A stretch of 40,000 bases of DNA from an uncultured Acidobacteriota bacterium (GTDB lineage: Bacteria > Acidobacteriota > Terriglobia > Terriglobales > Acidobacteriaceae): positions 133,650-173,649 of the forward strand of contig CAWITE010000012.1 of assembly GCA_963838905.1 (NCBI GenBank), given 5' to 3'. Position numbers and translations under genes: made by a program. Shown here one piece after another: positions 34,463 through 40,000 of the stretch (its first letter is position 1; the number at the start of each line of letters is the position of its first letter). Below the pieces are notes generated by a model. That model did no database searches. It was given only the letters and a program-made list of their open reading frames with translations, and had not been told where the DNA came from.

Positions 34463-36963
34463 AGGTCTTCACTCCGCGGCCCTGATCCAAGTCTAGTTGT
34501 GGAAGCACCAAATAACTCACCGCTGGTTCCGAAGCTGTCAGGTGCTGGCAGCGAGCTCATTTCGAGCAGGGCCATCAAGAACGATAGGGTGGATTCTGCT
34601 CCCTGGTTCTCGTTGGCGCGGTCGGGGTGCAGGCCGTCCCGGCAGCCGCCGGTGACGGAATCATAAAGAGGAAGTTGCAGGTCGTTATCGCCAAGGAACC
34701 AGTTGAAGGCCGACCAAGCCTGGCTGCGCCAACGGCTATCCCCGGTTACGCGGTAGGCTTGCAAGCACGCGGAAACCGCCCCACCGGCCTCGAGTGGCTG
34801 TTGATCGAAGCGCGCCTTTGCGCCACCCTTGCGATAGAAACCTTGCGATCCGATCGGTACGAAGTGGCCGTTGGTTTCGCAATGCTGCGTTTTCAGCAGC
34901 CAGTCCAGCGCTTCGAGACCGCTCGAAACCATCCGGTCATCCGCGCAAGCGGAGCCCACGAGCAACATGGCCTGGGGCAATCTCGCGTTTCCATAGGCCA
35001 GAACGTTCTCGAACCATTTCCAATCTGAGGTGCGGACCGACTCGTACATTTCCAGCAATCGCGTGCTGAGGACGGATCTTATTTTCTGTGCGTCCCGGTC
35101 TCCAGCATATGAATCGAGGTATTCCTGAATTCCGAGCAAAGCGTAGGCCCAGGCACGAGGACTGTTGAAGTCCATAACTGTCGGAAGTGACACCTCGAAC
35201 AAACGCCCAGCGGCGCACTTCAGTCCTTCGTCCCCGGACCGGCCTAGAACCGTTCCAAGTCCCCACAGTGCACGCCCATGACAATCCTCGGAGCCCTCAG
35301 CTTCGTTCCACCGGCGATCATAGCCGAGAAAGTTTCTGAATCTGCCCTTCTCTGGATTGAACCCGTGCTGCAAAAACGCCAAATACCGAAAGGACGAATC
35401 GTGGGCAGGTTCACGGTCCTGCCCCTTGTCCATTTGCCCCAGCAGTACCGTGAAAACGAGTGCGCGAGCATTGTCGTCGGTGGTGTATCCCTCTGCGTAG
35501 TTGGGGATGGTGAAGATCGCGTGCTGCAGCATTCCAGTGTCATCGGTTAGCCTGTTGAAGTGCTTCAGGTTCAGTCCCGGCAGCTGATTCAATGTCTTTT
35601 GTGCAACACGGGTGGAAAACCGCACTTGTGGAGTCTCCATGCGGTCGCTACGAACGTGTATAAAACTTTCCATGTAGCCCTGCGCTACTCTTTTCCAGAC
35701 CATCTCGCGCGCGAACAAGTAAGCACGCTTACGCATGGCGTGGCGTATCGCCGGGGTGTGCAAAAGCTCGACCGTCTTTCTTGCGATAGCATCAGGATCC
35801 TGGAAGGGAACAAGCGCGCCGCGGCGGTCGTCCAGCAACTCGATCGCATGCCAGTACGGGGTTGAAATGATAGCCTTGCCCGCACCTAGGGCATACGCAA
35901 GCGTCCCGGAAACTACCTGGGCTTCATGTCTGTAAGGAGTGATGTAAATGTCCGCAGCGCCAATGAACTCAACCATCTCCTCCGGGCTGACGAAGCGGTC
36001 GTGGAAGATTACATTCGCCTCCACTCCCACTTCCTTCGCCAACGCTTGCAAGTGGTTTCGGTAGCTGTCGCCCTCCCGACGGAGGACGTGAGGGTGGGTC
36101 GCGCCCGCGACCATGTATACAACATTCTTGTGTTTGGACAAAATTTGCGGCAACGCTTGAATGACGTTTTCGATTCCCTTGTTTGGCGAGAGCAGACCGA
36201 ATGTAAGTAATACGGCCTTTCCTTCCACACCGAAGCGATCCTTGTAGAAATTGGGATCGAGGAATGGAAGGTCCGGAACCCCGTGAGGAACCATGTCGAT
36301 CTTGCTGCCGGGCACCTTGAAGATTTCTTGCAAGAACTGGGATGAAAGCTGGCTCATGACGATGAGCCGATCCGAGAGCTCTGCGATCTCCTCCATCACT
36401 ACGAGTTGGTCAGGATTCGGCTCGCGGAGGACGGTGTGCAGAGTGGTCACCACGGGCATCTTCAGGCCGCGCAATAGCTGCAAGACATGGCTTCCAGCGG
36501 GTCCGCCGAAGATTCCATACTCGTGCTGCAGGCAGACCATGTCGATATTGTTGAAGTTCAAGAACTCAGCGGCTTCCTGAAAGGATTTCAAGTCGTCCTG
36601 AGCGAGCGACCATCTCACTCTTGCCGGATAGTCATATCCTTGTTCCGTATCGTTTACGGGCAGCGCCAACAATCGAGCGGTCCCATACTCGGCGGATATG
36701 GCCGCGCACAGGTCGGTGGTAAACGTAGCAATCCCACACTGTCGGGGCAGATAATTTCCGATCACCGCGATCCGGCTGGGCAGCGATGGCTTTGATTGCG
36801 ATCGCGGTCGAGCCGCTGAAACTTCTTCCCGCACCAGGGGGCGCAGGCCGACGATTTCTAACTTCTCCCTGGGGAGCACCGTGTTTGGTAGCGACATGAG
36901 CTCCTGGTTTGCCAAGAATGGCTGCAGATACACGTCAGAGTTCCCATAAACGCGACGCGTCAT
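34459..36963 (-). CDS. GT4-family glycosyltransferase fused to a large C-terminal (alpha/alpha)-barrel-like domain
   Basis: The N-terminal half has RIAVIGNYLPRQCGIATFTTDL, GATHP..., YITPYRHEAQVVSGTLAYALGAGKAIISTP (GT-B/GT4 signature). The C-terminal ~400 aa has YTTDDNARAL, CHGRALWGLG and AWAYALLG helix-pair repeats. Its stop overlaps the GH130 start (ATGA at 34459-34462). The start may be 36963 or ATG 36897. Confidence 0.8.
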   Translation of the reverse strand: MTRRVYGNSDVYLQPFLANQELMSLPNTVLPREKLEIVGLRPLVREEVSAARPRSQSKPSLPSRIAVIGNYLPRQCGIATFTTDLCAAISAEYGTARLLALPVNDTEQGYDYPARVRWSLAQDDLKSFQEAAEFLNFNNIDMVCLQHEYGIFGGPAGSHVLQLLRGLKMPVVTTLHTVLREPNPDQLVVMEEIAELSDRLIVMSQLSSQFLQEIFKVPGSKIDMVPHGVPDLPFLDPNFYKDRFGVEGKAVLLTFGLLSPNKGIENVIQALPQILSKHKNVVYMVAGATHPHVLRREGDSYRNHLQALAKEVGVEANVIFHDRFVSPEEMVEFIGAADIYITPYRHEAQVVSGTLAYALGAGKAIISTPYWHAIELLDDRRGALVPFQDPDAIARKTVELLHTPAIRHAMRKRAYLFAREMVWKRVAQGYMESFIHVRSDRMETPQVRFSTRVAQKTLNQLPGLNLKHFNRLTDDTGMLQHAIFTIPNYAEGYTTDDNARALVFTVLLGQMDKGQDREPAHDSSFRYLAFLQHGFNPEKGRFRNFLGYDRRWNEAEGSEDCHGRALWGLGTVLGRSGDEGLKCAAGRLFEVSLPTVMDFNSPRAWAYALLGIQEYLDSYAGDRDAQKIRSVLSTRLLEMYESVRTSDWKWFENVLAYGNARLPQAMLLVGSACADDRMVSSGLEALDWLLKTQHCETNGHFVPIGSQGFYRKGGAKARFDQQPLEAGGAVSACLQAYRVTGDSRWRSQAWSAFNWFLGDNDLQLPLYDSVTGGCRDGLHPDRANENQGAESTLSFLMALLEMSSLPAPDSFGTSGELFGASTTRLGSGPRSEDL

Positions 36964-37245
36964 CCGACTTGGTCGGAGGTCATCGGTTACCGGCGCGTGG
37001 TTTGGTCCATCAGTAGAGTTCGCCTCTCTTAGTATTCAACGGAAGTGGAGTTGCGAACTGGTCAAAATTGACCACAAATGCCTCGAGTGCGGAATCCGGG
37101 CACTCTGGAGATCCGAAATGACCATCGATGCAAAAAACGATTACCGCCGTAACCACGCTGGTATTGTGACGAACACTCTTTCTTGGGGAGGAAACCCTAA
37201 ACTAGAGTCAGGTGTGTTCTGGCTGACCAAGAATCTGCGGTCCAA

Positions 37246-38823
37246 ATGGAAACTCGCTGGGGTAGGCGTTTCGGACGATACGAGGTCATCGCTGAGGTTG
37301 GCCGCGGCGCCATGGGAGTGGTGTACAAGGCTCGTGATCCCAAAATCGACCGTTTTGTTGCTGTCAAAACGATCTCGCTCTCCGGCCAGAATCCAGGGGA
37401 GGAGCGCGAATACCGGGAGCGGTTCTTTCACGAAGCTCAGGCAGCCGGTCGTTTGTTACATCCCGGCATTGTCACCATCTTCGACACCGGCGAGGACCCA
37501 GAGAGCCACATTGCCTTCATCGTTATGGAGTTCATTGCGGGCCAATCGCTGGACCGACTCCTTTCAGAAAAACCCAAGAAGCTACCGCTCGACACCGCTC
37601 TTCGGTTGTCGGAGGAACTGGCGGAAGCGCTGGATCACGCCCACGGCCAAGGCGTGGTCCATCGTGACATGAAACCTGCCAACGTCTTGGTGACGCCCGA
37701 AGGGCATGCCAAGATCGCAGATTTCGGCATTGCGAAAGTGAACCTGGTGCACCTGACGCTCCCCGGCCGGGCGCTGGGCACACCGGCCTACATGTCGCCG
37801 GAACAGTTGGAGGGTGAGCCGGTGGACAAACGCTCCGACCTATTTTCGTTGGGTACGATTCTCTACCACATGGTTACTGGCTACGGCCCTTTCCAAGGTA
37901 ACAGTACTACCACCGTTTGCTTCAAGGTCGCCAACCGCGATCCCTTGCGGGCAACCGCGTTTGACCCTGACCTTCCCCCTGAACTGGATTCCGTAATCGC
38001 CCGCGCCATGGCAAAAGATCCCGCGCAACGTTATCAGCGTGGATTGGAGTTTGCTCTCGACCTGCGTGAACTTCGCGAGCGCGGCCAGACAATCTCAAAA
38101 GGTGCCAACGGTGCGTCGCGGTTCCCGGGAGCGAAAGAAGTCCTCGCTCGGTCACTCGGCGAGGTTACCACTCACGTTCCTTCAGCGAACCTTGCACTGG
38201 TTGGTTTCTTCCAAATCTTAGGACTCGCGGCGAGACAAGCAGTCACATTCGTTTGGCTACAGGTCTTGTCCTGGTGTCGGCGGCCAGCGGTACGCATAGG
38301 GCTGGTGTTCTCGATTGCGACGATCATGGTCGGCTTCTTTGCGTATCACAAAAGGCTCCCGTCGCGAAATTCCGGTCAGACCGGTCCATCGGCAATCGTC
38401 GGCGCGAGTGGGGCACCGGCCCCGGTGGTGAGTGAGCCGAATGTCATCGACCACAGCTCAGAGACATTGTCCAATTCCAAGGAAGCCTCGAAAGCCATTG
38501 CAGACACCACGCTGAGCATACGCATTGAACATCGTTTCTCAGCGGTGGAGCTTTCGCTGTGGATCGACGACAAGTTAGCTTACGATCGTCCATTGCGCGG
38601 TCAGATCAAGAAGCACTGGAATCCATTTCGTACGGATGTCCGGGAAACTCACACGGTCCAACTACCAGCAGGCACCCACCGCATCCTTGTTCGGGTGCGT
38701 TCCACCCCTGACAACTACGAACAGTCAGCGGCTATCTTGGGGAGTTTGACCAAAAACCATCCGGCAGTCTTGCAGATCAACTTTGAGCGCCAGGGAAAAG
38801 CGATGCGCCTGGCACTGCGCTAA
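37246..38823 (+). CDS. Hanks-type serine/threonine protein kinase with TM segments and a C-terminal extracytoplasmic domain
   Basis: GRGAMGVVYKA, VAVK, HRDMKPANVLV, DFGIAK and GTPAYMSPEQ, followed by hydrophobic segments (VGFFQILGLAA, LVFSIATIMVGFFAY). Confidence 0.9.
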   Translation: METRWGRRFGRYEVIAEVGRGAMGVVYKARDPKIDRFVAVKTISLSGQNPGEEREYRERFFHEAQAAGRLLHPGIVTIFDTGEDPESHIAFIVMEFIAGQSLDRLLSEKPKKLPLDTALRLSEELAEALDHAHGQGVVHRDMKPANVLVTPEGHAKIADFGIAKVNLVHLTLPGRALGTPAYMSPEQLEGEPVDKRSDLFSLGTILYHMVTGYGPFQGNSTTTVCFKVANRDPLRATAFDPDLPPELDSVIARAMAKDPAQRYQRGLEFALDLRELRERGQTISKGANGASRFPGAKEVLARSLGEVTTHVPSANLALVGFFQILGLAARQAVTFVWLQVLSWCRRPAVRIGLVFSIATIMVGFFAYHKRLPSRNSGQTGPSAIVGASGAPAPVVSEPNVIDHSSETLSNSKEASKAIADTTLSIRIEHRFSAVELSLWIDDKLAYDRPLRGQIKKHWNPFRTDVRETHTVQLPAGTHRILVRVRSTPDNYEQSAAILGSLTKNHPAVLQINFERQGKAMRLALR

Positions 38824-38873
38824 TTGTGGGAAGCTGAACTCAGGGTCAACGCCACGATCCAGATTGCAAAAGA

Positions 38874-38901
38874 GCGGCTCGCACCATTTGCTGCGAGCCG
38901 T
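38874..38901 (-). terminator. Hairpin terminator between convergent genes (better in the minus orientation)
   Basis: GCGGCTCGCA(38874-83)/TGCGAGCCGT(38892-901), a 10-bp stem including one G-U pair with an 8-nt loop. The minus strand then reads CTCTTTTGCAAT. Confidence 0.6.
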
Positions 38902-38921
38902 CTCCTTGAAGCAGTCGGGTA

Positions 38922-40000
38922 TTACTGCTGTTGTCGCCGTTCTTCGGGAGCAGCTTCTTTTTCTGGCTTAGGAGCATTCTCTGGACGGGCTTCAGCCCGG
39001 GGAGCAGCCTCGGGATGAGGCTGGGTTTCAGCATGGGGCGCATTCTCGGGTTTGGCCGCTGCTTCTGGATGTGGAGCATTCTCAGGACGCGAAGCAGTCT
39101 CTGCGCGAGGGGCGGCTTCCGGGTGTGGAGCGCTTTGCGGTTGAGACTTGCTTTCGGTCCGAGAGGCGTTCTCTACCGGACGCGGCGTACTCTCAGGACG
39201 CGGCACACTCGCCTTCTCCGGTGCAGCCGGTGGACGGGGCACATCGTTGCGCGCTGCTGGAGTGCTACGCTCCGCGGCGCCAGGTCGAGGAGCGTTGTTC
39301 GCCGGCTGAGCAGGTGGCGTTTCGACTGGGGGCTGAGTTGCCGCACTCTTGCCTTCAGGTTTATAAGATGCTCCTGCTTGTTTGGCTGGCACACCGGCAT
39401 TAAATGCTCCCGGTTTCGGAGTAGCTGCGACTGCCGGCTTGCCCTGGTTCACAGAAACCCGTTGCTGCGGGTTCGCGCGGGCAGCCTGCGCATGTTGAGT
39501 TTGAACCGCGACCGGCGCGATATGTTTCTCGTGCGCAGCAGCCTCTTGTTGAGAGTTTGGACGGGCAGTTAGTCCACCGTTGCCGCCGTTGTAGCTGACC
39601 CGGTTCACGGTCGTATTGTTGATCACCGTGGTGTTATAGGTATTGTGAATGTTGGTCACGTTTATGTTATTCACCGCACGGTTGTAGGCGAATTGCCCAT
39701 TGTCCCAGCGCCCGCCTTGGTAACCTTCACCGGTGTAGCCGTAGCCATAGTTGATTCCGCCATAGAAACCTACGTGGGGGCCCCAGTAGCCTTCATTGAA
39801 AACATACATGCCGTTGCCCCAACCCCAATAGCCCGGAGTCCAGAGAAAACCCACTTGCGGCGCCATCACCCACGTGCCTGGCACCCAGTAGTAATCGCCC
39901 TCACTGTAAGCCCAGTACCCCGGTGTCCAGATATAGCCTTGGGCGGGGAGGGGTGGCTGCTCATACACGGGCAGCGCTGGAGGGGCGACGGTAATGGATA
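38922..40000 (-). CDS. YXWGXW-repeat protein with a Pro/Ala/Glu-rich repetitive C-terminus; the 5' end probably lies beyond the window end
   Basis: YIWTPGYWAY, YYWVPGTWV and FLWTPGYWGW repeats. The frame stays open upstream of the track GTG (39968) to position 40000. The C-terminal ~120 aa is PEAAPRAE/ENAPHPE-type low complexity. Confidence 0.65.
   Translation of the reverse strand, partial: SITVAPPALPVYEQPPLPAQGYIWTPGYWAYSEGDYYWVPGTWVMAPQVGFLWTPGYWGWGNGMYVFNEGYWGPHVGFYGGINYGYGYTGEGYQGGRWDNGQFAYNRAVNNINVTNIHNTYNTTVINNTTVNRVSYNGGNGGLTARPNSQQEAAAHEKHIAPVAVQTQHAQAARANPQQRVSVNQGKPAVAATPKPGAFNAGVPAKQAGASYKPEGKSAATQPPVETPPAQPANNAPRPGAAERSTPAARNDVPRPPAAPEKASVPRPESTPRPVENASRTESKSQPQSAPHPEAAPRAETASRPENAPHPEAAAKPENAPHAETQPHPEAAPRAEARPENAPKPEKEAAPEERRQQQ
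38925..39330. repeat. Imperfect coding tandem repeats (Pro/Glu/Ala-rich units)
   Basis: Recurring GGAGCATTCTC(T/A)GGAC..., GCTTC(A/T)G..., GGGGC(G)GC... units on the plus strand encode ENAPxPEAAxRxE-like units on the minus strand. Confidence 0.6.

Noticed and set aside
38931-39572. 213-aa plus-strand ORF, and the repetitive DNA at 38925-39330, considered as a possible CRISPR-like array
   Set aside because: The repeats are imperfect and contiguous with no unique spacers, and they lie inside the minus-strand ORF, where they encode PEAAPR-type units. The plus-strand ORF is a shadow.
1-40000. Search for tRNA, rRNA, tmRNA and CRISPR arrays
   Set aside because: I found no T-loop-type GGTTCGAATCC-like segments in non-coding DNA, no rRNA-like conserved blocks and no regularly spaced repeat-spacer structure when reading both strands. 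A covariance-model scan would be needed to be sure.

Overview
This window is about 57% GC bacterial chromosomal DNA and is densely coding on both strands. The protein repertoire (Hanks-type kinase, TPR and TolB-like sensor modules, a TonB-receptor tail, a YXWGXW protein) suggests Acidobacteriota, but that is inference only. Most of the window is ordinary metabolism and envelope genes. These include a GHMP kinase, a PLP decarboxylase, a lone nuoB, a metallophosphoesterase, an MDR dehydrogenase, XdhC plus a MocA-like pair, a HAD hydrolase, a NifU-like scaffold, a NUDIX hydrolase, an ankyrin protein and a radical SAM enzyme. They also include a Tat-exported flavoprotein, DUF3455, an alkaline-phosphatase-family protein, BI-1/YccA, OmpA, an overlapping GH130 and GT4-fusion pair, and a Ser/Thr kinase. 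The main candidate for something new is at 22.6-24.7 kb: a stand-alone Cas1-like gene (23141-24424, minus strand). By eye, two of its four canonical catalytic positions are substituted, and it carries an extra C-terminal CxxC...CxxC zinc ribbon. There is no cas2, CRISPR array or polB anywhere in the window. It is flanked by a repeat-dense 400-bp non-coding tract with a perfect 16-bp tandem duplication, and by a pair of related GC-rich hairpins. Just downstream on the same strand is a 25-codon PqqA-like ORF that the ORF track does not list. It sits in front of a secreted PQQ-type beta-propeller protein, with no pqqBCDE nearby. The window also holds a full-length group II intron (about 13396-15475, minus strand). 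It abuts or interrupts a frameshifted MscS-family gene. Three further gene remnants (a TonB-receptor tail, a TolB-like propeller and a phospholipase-C-family tail) indicate local gene decay. I found no rRNA, tRNA or CRISPR array. All functional calls come from motif recognition by eye and were not checked by database search.
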